A stretch of 64,000 bases of DNA, from NCBI GenBank assembly GCA_000431235.1, contig HF988734.1, forward strand, positions 155,848 through 219,847, written 5' to 3'. This document shows, piece after piece, positions 38,802 to 48,649 of this stretch. The notes beneath the pieces are model-generated. The model was not told the origin of the DNA. It made no database searches and worked only from the letters and a program-made list of their open reading frames with translations. Source of the DNA: Coprobacillus sp. CAG:698. Its GTDB lineage: Bacteria > Bacillota_I > Bacilli_A > ML615J-28 > CAG-698. The translations under genes and the position numbers were made by a program. Each line of letters starts with the position of its first letter. The first letter of the stretch is position 1.

Positions 38802-39971
38802 ATGAAACTCTTAGAGTTTTTTATTTATAAAGGAACTGGTAATACAGATAAATTAGTAAAAGTAGAATCATTAGCAGGTACTAAAGTATATAACATAGAT
38901 TATTCAGCAAATGGAGAACCAAACCTATACTTTGGATGGACAGTTTCATATGATATGAAAAATATAACAACGCTTCTAAATGATGAGTATGAGATTAATT
39001 ATACATATAATGCCAGTGGAATAAGGACATCAAAAGTAATAACAAAAAATGATAATACTACATCAGTAAATTATTTCTTAGATGGAACGAATATCATTAA
39101 AGAAGTTAGAAGTGGACAAACAAATACTACTTTGCAGTATTTTTATGATTCAAATAATGAAATAATAGGTTTTACATATAATAACATAAAATACTTGTAT
39201 TTAAAGAATTTACAAAAAGATGTTATAGGAATTGTTGACAATAACAATAATGTTATGGTAAAATACTACTACAACGCATATGGGCAAATAGTTAATGTAG
39301 TAGATACATCAGGAATAAGTTTAAGTACAATCAATCAATTCAGATATAGAAGTTATTATCAAGATGATGAAACAGGATGGTACTATCTAAATAGCAGATA
39401 TTATGATTCAAAATGTCATAGATTTATAACAATGGATGATATAGATTATCTTGGTGATAGTGAAAGTGTATTAAGTTATAACCTTTATAGTTATTGTGAG
39501 AATAATCCAGTAAATAATATTGATTTAGATGGTCATAAAAAAGTAAAACTGTCTTCAAAAGAAACTTTGATTTGGGGTATTGTCGGGTTAGTATTTAATT
39601 TACTTAAATATAGGAAAAATATTTTGAATATTTTTAAAAAATCAGAAGCTGAAACAATAGTTAAAGTGCTAATGACATGTTTTGTTTATTTACCAGTTTC
39701 ATCAATTATTGAAGTTGTATTAGGTTACATTAATGGTATTGCTGCTGCTATTTGTAGTCTTAGTTCTTTAATATTATATAAATTTATTTGTTTAGGATTG
39801 GAACACCCCCAAATGACTGCAGGTGGAATTGCTTTAAAAGTAGTATCTTTTGTGGTTTCAAGATTTTTGCCGAAATTATATGACTCGATAAAAATGATAA
39901 TTTTTGGATTAACAGGAAAACGTTATTTTGTTGATTATAGGTTGTATGGTAATACGTTTTATAGTAAATAA
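38802..39971 (+). CDS. Orphan RHS C-terminal cassette: few YD repeats + RHS-repeat-associated core + hydrophobic C-terminal toxin tip
   Basis: YD-type repeats ('YTYNASGIRTSKV', 'YFYDSNNEIIGFTY', 'YYYNAYGQIVNVVD'). Core-domain ending 'YYLNSRYYDSKCHRFITMDDIDYLGD…NLYSYCENNPVNNIDLDGH'. A 140-aa tip with ~4 predicted TM segments. No N-terminal RHS body. Confidence 0.65.
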   Translation: MKLLEFFIYKGTGNTDKLVKVESLAGTKVYNIDYSANGEPNLYFGWTVSYDMKNITTLLNDEYEINYTYNASGIRTSKVITKNDNTTSVNYFLDGTNIIKEVRSGQTNTTLQYFYDSNNEIIGFTYNNIKYLYLKNLQKDVIGIVDNNNNVMVKYYYNAYGQIVNVVDTSGISLSTINQFRYRSYYQDDETGWYYLNSRYYDSKCHRFITMDDIDYLGDSESVLSYNLYSYCENNPVNNIDLDGHKKVKLSSKETLIWGIVGLVFNLLKYRKNILNIFKKSEAETIVKVLMTCFVYLPVSSIIEVVLGYINGIAAAICSLSSLILYKFICLGLEHPQMTAGGIALKVVSFVVSRFLPKLYDSIKMIIFGLTGKRYFVDYRLYGNTFYSK

Positions 39972-39986
39972 GGTGGGTAATGACTT

Positions 39987-40184
39987 ATGATAAAAAATAT
40001 CTTTATGTATCTTCTGGATTTAGTTCTTGAATGTGGTTTAGTAATATGGTTTTTATATAACGTAGGTTCTAATAAATATTTAATTATTCCTATAATTGCA
40101 GTTAGCATTCTTATTATTAGCACAATAATTTGCTTTATTAAAACAGTTTTTATAGGAAGAAAATATTATATCTTCTATGTTTAA
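39987..40184 (+). CDS. Putative RHS immunity protein, N-terminal copy (2-TM), truncated by a tandem duplication
   Basis: 65-aa two-helix membrane protein immediately 3' of the toxin tip; it ends 7 codons past the duplication junction. Confidence 0.45.
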   Translation: MIKNIFMYLLDLVLECGLVIWFLYNVGSNKYLIIPIIAVSILIISTIICFIKTVFIGRKYYIFYV

Positions 40185-40317
40185 TTATTGAGTGTGGTTT
40201 AATAGCATGGTTTGTCTATAATTTAGGTTCTGATAAATATTTTATTATTTCCATAACTGTAGTTAGCATTCTTCTTATTATAACAATAATTAGCTTTATT
40301 AAAACAGTTTTTATAGG
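39993..40317 (+). repeat. Diverged direct tandem duplication, ~2 × 160 bp, with a +1 indel in copy 2
   Basis: '…CTTCTGGATTTAGTTCTTGAATGTGGTTTAGTAATATGG…GGAAGAAAATAT' is followed by '…CTTCTATGTTTAATTATTGAGTGTGGTTTAAATAGCATGG…GGAAGAAAATAT'. The period is 160 bp between the TGTGGTTTA landmarks at 40032 and 40192. Confidence 0.8.
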
Positions 40318-40609
40318 AAGAAAATATTTAAAAATTGAAGATGATAAATTATTAATTAAACAAAAAGAGAAAATAATAGCATCAATTAATAAAAATGAAT
40401 TGGAAAAATTAGTTGTTATATTTGATACATTTTCTGATCATATTGATTTCATTAAATTTCGTTATAATAATAAAAAATACTCTTTCCAGATTCCTAGAGA
40501 AATTGAGACTGAATTAAAAACATTTGTAAGTGATTTAAATTACAAACGAAAAACAGATTTGTTATTAGAAATTATTAATTTAATTGCAATGTATTTTTAT
40601 CATAGTTAG
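40202..40609 (+). pseudogene. Second, frameshifted copy of the immunity gene carrying the authentic C-terminal domain
   Basis: The frame opens after a TAA at 40199 and encodes 'IAWFVYNLGSDKYFIISITVVSILLIITIISFIKTVFIGRKY…', paralogous to the first copy, then a unique 95-aa soluble C-terminus. There is no start codon at its head; the track's 40400 ORF is its tail. Confidence 0.45.
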
Positions 40610-40721
40610 TAATTTCATTTTGTTATTATTAAGGTTAAAAAAAGAACTATAAAAATGGAAGACAATAAAAGTTAGATTTATTGTTATATGAACTAGTTTT
40701 TAGAAAAAAATTTTATTTAGT

Positions 40722-41216
40722 GTGATTGGTATTATTGCTATTGTGATAATTATTGTAATGATTAATGGTATATCGTTTGTTACACCAACTCGAATCTTCT
40801 CAACAAAGTATTATAGTGATCCAAAAAGAGCGTTTGAAAAAGAATATACACCTTCGGCTGTAGAAGAAAATATTGAAATTATTAAAGATTTAAACCTATA
40901 TGATTTGGATGATAATAATACGTTATATTTTGGTATTACTAAAAACAATGATTTGATTGCTTGTACAATGCACAAAAAGAATGATAAGTATTTTTATTCT
41001 GGTTTTTACGAATTGTTTGATTTAAATAAATATAAAGAAGGTTTTTCATCAATAGATCATATAAGTAATTTATTTAATGAAAGCGGAAAAAAGTTTTCAA
41101 GATGTAAATGGGTTTTAACATCTGACATTAATGAAATTGATGGAAGTAACTATTATAAACTTAAAACCTTAGATTTTGATAATGAAAAGATTCAATTGTA
41201 TTTGCTAATGAAATAA
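40722..41216 (+). CDS. Hypothetical membrane-anchored protein
   Basis: N-terminal TM with a soluble domain; GTG start in the track, true start uncertain. Confidence 0.3.
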   Translation: MIGIIAIVIIIVMINGISFVTPTRIFSTKYYSDPKRAFEKEYTPSAVEENIEIIKDLNLYDLDDNNTLYFGITKNNDLIACTMHKKNDKYFYSGFYELFDLNKYKEGFSSIDHISNLFNESGKKFSRCKWVLTSDINEIDGSNYYKLKTLDFDNEKIQLYLLMK

Positions 41217-41260
41217 TAGTAATTATTTTACAAAAAAAATTTGATAAAACGTTAAAAAAT

Positions 41261-41301
41261 AACTCCTTATAGTTATGCTATTAGCATAATTGTAAGGAGT
41301 T
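41261..41301. terminator. Long bidirectional hairpin (AACTCCTTA…TAAGGAGTT with inner TTATGCTA/TAGCATAA)
   Basis: Flanked by an A-run on the 5' side; serves the convergent (+) gene and the (−) M42 peptidase gene. Confidence 0.55.
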
Positions 41302-41312
41302 TTATGCGATAA

Positions 41313-42353
41313 TTAATTAAGAATATAAGCAAGTAGTAATTTGAATGTGTTTGTAACGCCTTTTAGATGAGTTCGTTCCATTCCGTGAGAAGCAGCGACT
41401 CCACTACCGATTAGAGCACCTTTGATGTTATTGCCACCTTTTAAAGCAGCACTGACATCACTTGAATAATATGGGAATACATCAACTGCATAATCCAAGT
41501 TTTCTTTTCTTGCAAGTTCTATAAGTTTAGTATTCATATCATAATTATAAGGACCAGAACTATCTTTCGCACAAATTGAAACTTTTTCCTCGTTTCCTTC
41601 GAGGTGGTTACCTACACAACCCATATCTATAGCGAGCATTTCGTCTATTTTAGGCATATAGCTTGCACCTGAACCAACTTCTTCAAGAGTGGAAATAACG
41701 ATTTTTAGAGTATGTTTAGGAGTAATATTTTCTGCTTTTAAAAACTTGAGAAGTCTAAAGACAATAGCAACAGATAATTTATCATCTAAAAATCTTGATT
41801 TGATAAATCCACTAGGTGTTATTTGTGTTTTAGGATCTAAGGCAATAAAATCACCATTGCATATACCTAGGTTTAAGACATCTTGTTTAGAGTGTACTAA
41901 TTCATCAAGACGTATGTGCATTGTTTCTTCATTACGTGGAAGAGTTCGGGCATCTTTATGTACGTGAACTGCAGGAGCATTAGAAAGAAATGTTCCTGTT
42001 ACACTATTACCTGAACGTGTATAAACTGTGCAATATTCTCCATCATATGTAGGAAGAATAGGTCCACCAACAACGCTAAATTTTAGCGTGCCATCGCTAT
42101 TAATCGCACTTACCATTGCTCCTAATGTGTCAACGTGACATGTTAAACCTAAGACGTAGTCATCAGATCCTTTTACTTCGATTAATAAATTACCATTATT
42201 TAAAACTTCGTGTGTATAACCATTTTCTTTACAAATATTAACTAAATGGTTGATTATATTTTTTGTATATCCACTTGGACTAGGTATCTCAAGAATTTCT
42301 TTTGCAAAATCTAGTATTTCAGTGAACACATTATCAGTTATTTTTGTTTCCAT
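41313..42353 (-). CDS. M42 family aminopeptidase (FrvX/YsdC/PepA-like)
   Basis: 'ILEIPSPSGYTKNI…LTCHVDTLGAMV…GGPILPTYDGEY' is typical of M42 glutamyl aminopeptidase/cellulase-M-like proteins. Confidence 0.8.
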   Translation of the reverse strand: METKITDNVFTEILDFAKEILEIPSPSGYTKNIINHLVNICKENGYTHEVLNNGNLLIEVKGSDDYVLGLTCHVDTLGAMVSAINSDGTLKFSVVGGPILPTYDGEYCTVYTRSGNSVTGTFLSNAPAVHVHKDARTLPRNEETMHIRLDELVHSKQDVLNLGICNGDFIALDPKTQITPSGFIKSRFLDDKLSVAIVFRLLKFLKAENITPKHTLKIVISTLEEVGSGASYMPKIDEMLAIDMGCVGNHLEGNEEKVSICAKDSSGPYNYDMNTKLIELARKENLDYAVDVFPYYSSDVSAALKGGNNIKGALIGSGVAASHGMERTHLKGVTNTFKLLLAYILN

Positions 42354-42485
42354 TTTAGACCTCCATATATATATTATTATAACCTATCTTGTTTGAAAAA
42401 TCTATAGATATATGGTTTATAATATATTTTTCTTTTATAAAATATTTTTCTATGTTATAATAGTTATATAAAAAGGTAAAAAACT

Positions 42486-42968
42486 ATGAATATAAAGAAA
42501 ATAAAAAGAATTGTTTTAATAATAAGTTGCCCACTTTCTTTTATAATAATGTTTTATGTTTTTAAAAATATAGTGACAATGATAACAAGTGATAGAGTCG
42601 CCGTTATAAGTACATCAGTGCTTGTAGGTTTAGTTCCAGCTATTAATGTTGGAAGACTAATCAACTCAAGGTACTTAAAACAAGAAAGAGAGGAAAGCCA
42701 AAAACGAATTAAATACATTGCTCAAACAAAAAACTGTGAGTTCTGTTATAGTGAATTAAAATTTGACCGAAATAGTGAAGAAATAGCTAATGAATTTGAT
42801 GAAAAAGAATATATCGTCAAAGAAATATATTCTTGTCCCCAATGTCATTATGTTGTTTCTAATAATAGCTTATATAGAAATAGAAGTAAGAAAAAAGTTT
42901 ATAAATACTGTGAAATAATTGATAATGGAGATATTGCCCAAACACAAATCGAAAAAGGGAATTTATAA
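42486..42968 (+). CDS. Hypothetical membrane protein with C-terminal CxxC…CxxC
   Basis: Two TM helices; 'CEFCYSEL…CPQCHYVV'. Confidence 0.3.
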   Translation: MNIKKIKRIVLIISCPLSFIIMFYVFKNIVTMITSDRVAVISTSVLVGLVPAINVGRLINSRYLKQEREESQKRIKYIAQTKNCEFCYSELKFDRNSEEIANEFDEKEYIVKEIYSCPQCHYVVSNNSLYRNRSKKKVYKYCEIIDNGDIAQTQIEKGNL

Positions 42969-43126
42969 AATGCACTTTGTATTTTAGATATAATTGATAA
43001 TGAAAAATAGCGAAATAAAGGCCCAAATTAAAGGCCAAATTGATTGATAAAAGATTATAATAAAAGAATATGTGTGGTTACTAAAAACTATTCTAGCAAA
43101 AATATTAGACAAAAAGAGGAAACAAA

Positions 43127-44452
43127 ATGGCAAAAATAGAAGTAAAATGTATAGGATTTAATGATTATGCACAAGGAATGTTTAAAGTTAATAATAAGAT
43201 ATGTTTCTGTAATAATTTCTTGCCTGGTGAAATAGGACTTGTTGAGAAAAACAAATATGATAAATACTATATTTCTTCGTTTTCAAAAACATCAAAAGAT
43301 AGAGTAGAAAGCGAATGTGATTATTATAGTAAATGCGGTGGATGTCATTTATTACATATGAACAAACAACTTCAAAAAAAATTTAAAATCGACTATGTTC
43401 AAACAGCTTTTACAGAAAAAAAGTTAAATTCAAAAATAGATGAATACATTGAGCCCGATTCATATAAAGGATACCGAAATAAGATGCAAGTTGCATATAA
43501 ATTTCAAGAAGGAAAACTCGTATATGGCTTCTATGAAGAAGAATCTCATAAGATAATCCCAATGAAAAAATGTATTGTACAAACGGAAAGACAAAATGAA
43601 ATCGCAAAAGTTATCAAAGATATAATGCTAGAAATGAAGCTAAAACCATATGATGAAGATAGACGTATGGGACTTGTAAGATTTGTTATGATAAGAGAAG
43701 CTTTTTCCTCAGGAGAAATTTTAGTAACAATAGTAACAAATAGTGAAGTTTTCCCTGGTAAAAATGAATTTGTTAAGAGGCTTATAAAAAGGTGTCCATA
43801 CATAACATCAATTGTACAAAATATAAATACGAGAAAAACTAGTATAATCTTAGGTGATGATGAAAGAGTATTATATGGACCAGGTTACATTAAAGATTAT
43901 TTATGTGGCATTATGTTTAAAATATCTTCTAAGACATTTTATCAAATAAACCACGAACAAACAGAAAAACTATACAGTAAAATAAAAGAATATGCTTCTT
44001 TGCAAGGAAATGAAGTTGTTTTAGATGCTTACTGTGGAGTAGGAACAATAGGTATGACTCTAGCAAAAGATTGTAAAAAAGTTATTGGTGTGGAAAATAA
44101 TAAACAATCTGTCATAAACGCTAGAATTAATGCAAGTGATAATAAAATCAAGAACATTAGTTTTGTTTTATCAGATGCAACTGAGTATATTAAAGAATAC
44201 AATGGTGAAAAAATTGATACTTTAATAATGGATCCCCCAAGAAGTGGATCAACGGAAGTATTTTTAAAGGCCATAGAAAATCTAAAGCCAAAGAAAATAG
44301 TTTATGTTTCTTGTGAAGCTAAAACATTAGCAAGAGATTTAACATTCTTAAAAAACTATAAAATTGAAAAAAAGTGTTTAGTTGATATGTTTGTTGGAAC
44401 GTATCATATAGAAACTGTTGTGTTACTATCTCTAAAGGAACCGAGAAAGTAG
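43127..44452 (+). CDS. rlmD: 23S rRNA (uracil-C5)-methyltransferase RlmD/RumA family
   Basis: TRAM domain, [4Fe-4S] Cys cluster 'CDYYSKCGGCHLLHM', SAM motif 'DAYCGVGTIG' and 'MDPPRSG'. Confidence 0.85.
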   Translation: MAKIEVKCIGFNDYAQGMFKVNNKICFCNNFLPGEIGLVEKNKYDKYYISSFSKTSKDRVESECDYYSKCGGCHLLHMNKQLQKKFKIDYVQTAFTEKKLNSKIDEYIEPDSYKGYRNKMQVAYKFQEGKLVYGFYEEESHKIIPMKKCIVQTERQNEIAKVIKDIMLEMKLKPYDEDRRMGLVRFVMIREAFSSGEILVTIVTNSEVFPGKNEFVKRLIKRCPYITSIVQNINTRKTSIILGDDERVLYGPGYIKDYLCGIMFKISSKTFYQINHEQTEKLYSKIKEYASLQGNEVVLDAYCGVGTIGMTLAKDCKKVIGVENNKQSVINARINASDNKIKNISFVLSDATEYIKEYNGEKIDTLIMDPPRSGSTEVFLKAIENLKPKKIVYVSCEAKTLARDLTFLKNYKIEKKCLVDMFVGTYHIETVVLLSLKEPRK

Positions 44453-45024
44453 GAAACAATTTATTAACCTTGACATATTTTATAAACACTTTATCCTTAA
44501 TATAGATAACGCATGCTAGATTTAAAAATATAATATTAACAAAACTTACAAAACTACTATTTTACTTTATGAATAGTAGTTTTATTTTCATTAAAAATGT
44601 TAAAATATATTGTAAGTAAAGTTAGAAAAATGAAAAAAATGTTACTATATACTAGCTAAAATTACAAAGAAGTTAAAATTATTCTCTGTATTACAATTAT
44701 TTTTGTAACCAGGAGAAAAAATTTAACCTAATTTAGTTTATAAAAGTTTCCAATTATTAGTGATATTATAAGAAATCTATTCAAAACATTAGTATTTTAT
44801 AAACTTAATGTTGTAAAGTTAGACAACTTAGTTCAAATAAAAACAAAATTATAGAAAATTATAATTATTAAAATAAAACTATAATGTTCAATTCAAGAAA
44901 AATCTATGAATATAAAAATTAATATGTTTTTTCAAATTTACAATCACTAAAATTAAAGAGAAAAGACAAATAATTAATTAGTATGCTCTTTAAAATTAAA
45001 AATAAGATTATACTTTATATGTTA

Positions 45025-45073
45025 TCAAATCAAGACTAATGATTTGACGGAACATATTCACTTATGGTATAAT
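45025..45073 (+). promoter_or_regulatory. Promoter (TTGACG-18-TGGTATAAT) with an inverted repeat TCAAATCA-N7-TGATTTGA over the −35
   Basis: Extended −10 at 45065–45073 and −35 at 45044–45049. The IR is at 45025–45047. Lies ~280 nt upstream of the LytTR regulator ATG. Confidence 0.45.
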
Positions 45074-45354
45074 AACGATTGACTTGGTTAATAATTTTAA
45101 AAAATGGGGATAAAACTAATATCTTTCTGTAACTAGGAGGGATAGAAGACGTAAAAATATCACGAAACAAGATAATAGTTAATATCGACTAATGACGCAC
45201 GACCTAGAAAATTCATATTCACTAGATAGTATAAGCACGTATAGAGACTGTTGCGTTACAACAATTAAGAAAATCTAAACATTATAAAATTAGTAGTAGC
45301 AATACACTTTAGAAAATATTATGAATACATTTTAGGTTATTATGGAGGTAACAT

Positions 45355-46053
45355 ATGAATGTGCATTTCGCAATATGTGACGATAATAATATTGATTCAA
45401 ATTATGTAAGTAATTTAGTAAATAAATGGGCTAATGAAAGAAAATATCAAATCAACATTGATATTTTTGATTCGGCAGAGGCATTTCTTTTCCATTACGA
45501 TGGAAACAAAGATTATGATATCCTATTACTTGACATCGAAATGAAAAAGATGGATGGAGTAACACTTGCTAGAGAAATCAGAAAAACAAACAAAAGTGTG
45601 CAAATAGTTTTCATTACAGGCTATTCAGATTATATTGCTGATGGATATGATGTTGAAGCATTGCATTACCTGATGAAACCATTGAAAGAGGAAAAACTAT
45701 TTGTTGTTTTAGATCGTGCAGTAAATAGAATTATTCAGAATGAAAAATATCTACTGTTAAATTATTATGACGAAACAATTAGGATTCCGCTTCATGAAAT
45801 TGTTTATATTGAAGTAGATAGAAATTATGTTACCATACATTCTAATCAAGATTATACAATAAAGAAAACACTTGGTGAAATTGAAAAAGAATTAGATAAA
45901 AGATTCTTTAGAATCGGGCGTTCAGTTATTGTTAATTTAAAATACATTAGTAGAGTAACAAAAACAGATGTATTTTTAGCTAATAATACAATACTACAAT
46001 TACCAAGAGGCGTATATGATTCTTTGAATAGAGCAATTATCAATGAACTATAG
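45355..46053 (+). CDS. LytTR-family response regulator (REC + LytTR DNA-binding domain)
   Basis: Receiver 'ILLLDIEMKKMDGVTLAREIRK' with the conserved Asp; C-terminal LytTR 'IVYIEVDRNYVTIHSNQDYTIKKTL'. TGGAGG RBS. Confidence 0.8.
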   Translation: MNVHFAICDDNNIDSNYVSNLVNKWANERKYQINIDIFDSAEAFLFHYDGNKDYDILLLDIEMKKMDGVTLAREIRKTNKSVQIVFITGYSDYIADGYDVEALHYLMKPLKEEKLFVVLDRAVNRIIQNEKYLLLNYYDETIRIPLHEIVYIEVDRNYVTIHSNQDYTIKKTLGEIEKELDKRFFRIGRSVIVNLKYISRVTKTDVFLANNTILQLPRGVYDSLNRAIINEL

Positions 46054-46065
46054 GAGAATTATGCA

Positions 46066-46722
46066 ATGAAAAGAAAGAAAATAGACAAGCAAATCGAAAA
46101 ATATCAAAGAGATTTAATAGATACGCATTATCAAGAAATTGAAACTATGTATACGAAAATGCGCGGGTGGCGTCACAACTATCGCAATCATATTCAGGTT
46201 ATGAAAGCTTTGGCTGAAAAAGGTGATATAGAAACTATCAAAGATTATTTAAATAAACTAGATGAAGATTTAACTACTATAGATATGGTTGTTAAGACGG
46301 GAAATACTATGGCAGATGCTATTTTGAATAGTAAGATTTCTCTTGCAAAATCAAAAGGCATAAAAGTAAAGGTCGATGCTCATATACCAATTAAACTAAA
46401 AATGAGTGAACTAGACTTATGTGTAATCTTAGGTAATTTATTTGATAATGCTATTGAAGCCAATCTTCCTTTGCCTGAAGATGAAAGGTTGATTAGAGTG
46501 TATATGGATATGAAAAATACACAGCTTTATATTTCATTTACTAACTTTACTGCTTCAGGGAAGCTAGCTAAAGAAGCTAACTTATTCAAGACCACAAAAG
46601 GTGATGGCCATGGATTTGGTTTAGTTAGCATAGATAGTATAATTGAGAAACTAGATGGTTATATAAGCAGAAATAGTGAAGATGGAGCATTTACTACTGA
46701 GATCCTTATTCCTCAAATATAA
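46066..46722 (+). CDS. Soluble GHKL-ATPase sensor kinase-like protein (no TM segments) partnered with the LytTR regulator
   Basis: 'LCVILGNLFDNAIEA' N-box and 'GDGHGFGLVSIDSIIEK' G-box; only 218 aa with no hydrophobic helices. Confidence 0.6.
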   Translation: MKRKKIDKQIEKYQRDLIDTHYQEIETMYTKMRGWRHNYRNHIQVMKALAEKGDIETIKDYLNKLDEDLTTIDMVVKTGNTMADAILNSKISLAKSKGIKVKVDAHIPIKLKMSELDLCVILGNLFDNAIEANLPLPEDERLIRVYMDMKNTQLYISFTNFTASGKLAKEANLFKTTKGDGHGFGLVSIDSIIEKLDGYISRNSEDGAFTTEILIPQI

Positions 46723-46804
46723 CAATTCGTCCCCATGACTAAACAATTCGTCCCTTTTTTGATAAGGGACGATTATTATTTGATATACTATTTATACAAG
46801 GAGA

Positions 46805-48649
46805 GTGATACTTGTGAAAGCAAAAAATAAAAAAACGAAACCAAAATATAATGTGTTTCAAAATATATGGTTTATGATTAGCCTTGCTTGGAGGCAAAAG
46901 GAGAAAAAAGTAATCTTTACAATGGTTCTTTTGGTTTTATTAGGTGTTTCTTTGAACCTAATTAATTTATATATTGCACCAACTATATTGAATGCTATAG
47001 AAACAAAAGTATCTTTTTCTGAGCTAATTATAACAATATTAGTCTTTATAACTGCTTTAACTTTAACTAACGCGCTTAATTCATATGTTAATAGTAATGT
47101 TTTATATGGAAGAATTTCTGTAAGGACAGAAATAATTTCTATGTTGAACAATAAGTGCTGTCGTACCTCTTATCCCAATACTGAAGATGAAACCTTTAAT
47201 AAATTAACTGCACAAGCATCAGAGTATTGTAGTAGTAATAATAAGGCTACAGAGGCTATTTGGGATACCTTAACGAAACTATTGACAAATATTTTATGCT
47301 TTGCATTTTACTCTAGTCTTTTATTGATGGTTAAACCATTTATGGTAGTAATAATATTAGTTACTACTTTAATAGGATTCTTTATAAATAATTACTTAAG
47401 TGAATATAAATATAAGCATAAAGAAATAGAGGCAGAAGAGATAAAAAAACTAAATTATATTGATAAAGTTTCTAGTTCAATACAATATGCTAAAGATATT
47501 CGTATCTTTGGACTATATTCTTGGCTTACAGAGTTATATGATAAATCAATGGCTGCTTTGCATGCTTTTAATAACAAGGTAGAAAGTGTTTATTTATGGG
47601 CTCAAATTGCAGATCTCGTTTTAGCATTTCTTAAAAATGCTATTGCTTATACATACTTAATTGGTCTAGTAATTAATGGTAAAATAACAGTCTCAGAATT
47701 TCTACTATATTTTCAAGCAGTTGAAGGATTCACATTATTAGTTACAACAATTATGAAGAAACTGAACACACTAAAGAGACAAAGTATGGATATATCAGTT
47801 GTTAGAGAAGCTATAGATTATAAAGAAGTATTCAAATTTGCTGAAGGAAAAAGTTTAGAGATAGAGCCTAATAAAGACTATATAATAGAATTAAAAAATG
47901 TTTCTTTCAAATACCCTGGTAAAGATAAAAATGTTCTAACAAATATTAACTTAACTATAAAACCAAAAGAAAAGATTGCTGTTGTAGGTCTTAATGGAGC
48001 CGGAAAAACAACATTAGTTAAGCTTATATGTGGTTATTATGATCCTACAGAAGGAGAAATTCTGCTAAATGGTGTTGATATAAGAACATATAATAGAGAA
48101 CATTATTATAAACTCTTTTCGGCAGTATTTGCTAATTTTTCGTTACTTGCTGGAAGTATAATAACTAATGTCGCCCAATCAGATAATAATATCAATTATG
48201 AATTGGTTTATAGTTCTATTGAAAAAGCAGGATTAAAAGAAAAAATAGAATCACTTCCTAGAAAATATGAAAGCAACTTAAATAGAGAAGTATATGAAGA
48301 TGCCACAAATTTATCTGGTGGCGAAATGCAAAGGTTAATGTTAGCAAGAGCTCTTTATAAAGACGCACCAATTATTGTTTTAGATGAGCCAACTAGTGCT
48401 CTAGATCCTATTGCGGAAGCAGATATATATAATAAATATAATGAACTTACGAAAAACAAAGCGTCTGTATTTATATCACATAGACTTGCCTCTACAAGAT
48501 TTTGTGACAGAATTTTATTCATTGCTGATGAAAAAATAGTCGAAGAAGGCACACATGAAAAACTATTAGCTCTAGGTGGTAAGTATGCTCAATTATTCGA
48601 AGTGCAGAGCAAATATTATCGAGAAGGAGAATCTAAAGATGAAAAATAA
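46805..48649 (+). CDS. ABC exporter, fused permease/ATPase (half-transporter)
   Basis: Six TM helices followed by Walker A 'GLNGAGKTT', signature 'LSGGEMQR' and Walker B 'IVLDEPTSALD'. Confidence 0.8.
   Translation: MILVKAKNKKTKPKYNVFQNIWFMISLAWRQKEKKVIFTMVLLVLLGVSLNLINLYIAPTILNAIETKVSFSELIITILVFITALTLTNALNSYVNSNVLYGRISVRTEIISMLNNKCCRTSYPNTEDETFNKLTAQASEYCSSNNKATEAIWDTLTKLLTNILCFAFYSSLLLMVKPFMVVIILVTTLIGFFINNYLSEYKYKHKEIEAEEIKKLNYIDKVSSSIQYAKDIRIFGLYSWLTELYDKSMAALHAFNNKVESVYLWAQIADLVLAFLKNAIAYTYLIGLVINGKITVSEFLLYFQAVEGFTLLVTTIMKKLNTLKRQSMDISVVREAIDYKEVFKFAEGKSLEIEPNKDYIIELKNVSFKYPGKDKNVLTNINLTIKPKEKIAVVGLNGAGKTTLVKLICGYYDPTEGEILLNGVDIRTYNREHYYKLFSAVFANFSLLAGSIITNVAQSDNNINYELVYSSIEKAGLKEKIESLPRKYESNLNREVYEDATNLSGGEMQRLMLARALYKDAPIIVLDEPTSALDPIAEADIYNKYNELTKNKASVFISHRLASTRFCDRILFIADEKIVEEGTHEKLLALGGKYAQLFEVQSKYYREGESKDEK

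Noticed and set aside
40400-40609. 69-aa ORF called as an independent gene in the six-frame track
   Set aside because: Its frame extends upstream without interruption to a stop at 40199 and is homologous to the immunity gene. It is the tail of the frameshifted second immunity copy and not a separate gene.
45192-45278. 28-codon ORF in the LytTR leader as a firm peptide-pheromone gene
   Set aside because: No Shine-Dalgarno, no double-glycine or Agr-type processing context, no agrB-like gene. Kept only as a low-confidence pointer in findings and not annotated as a feature.
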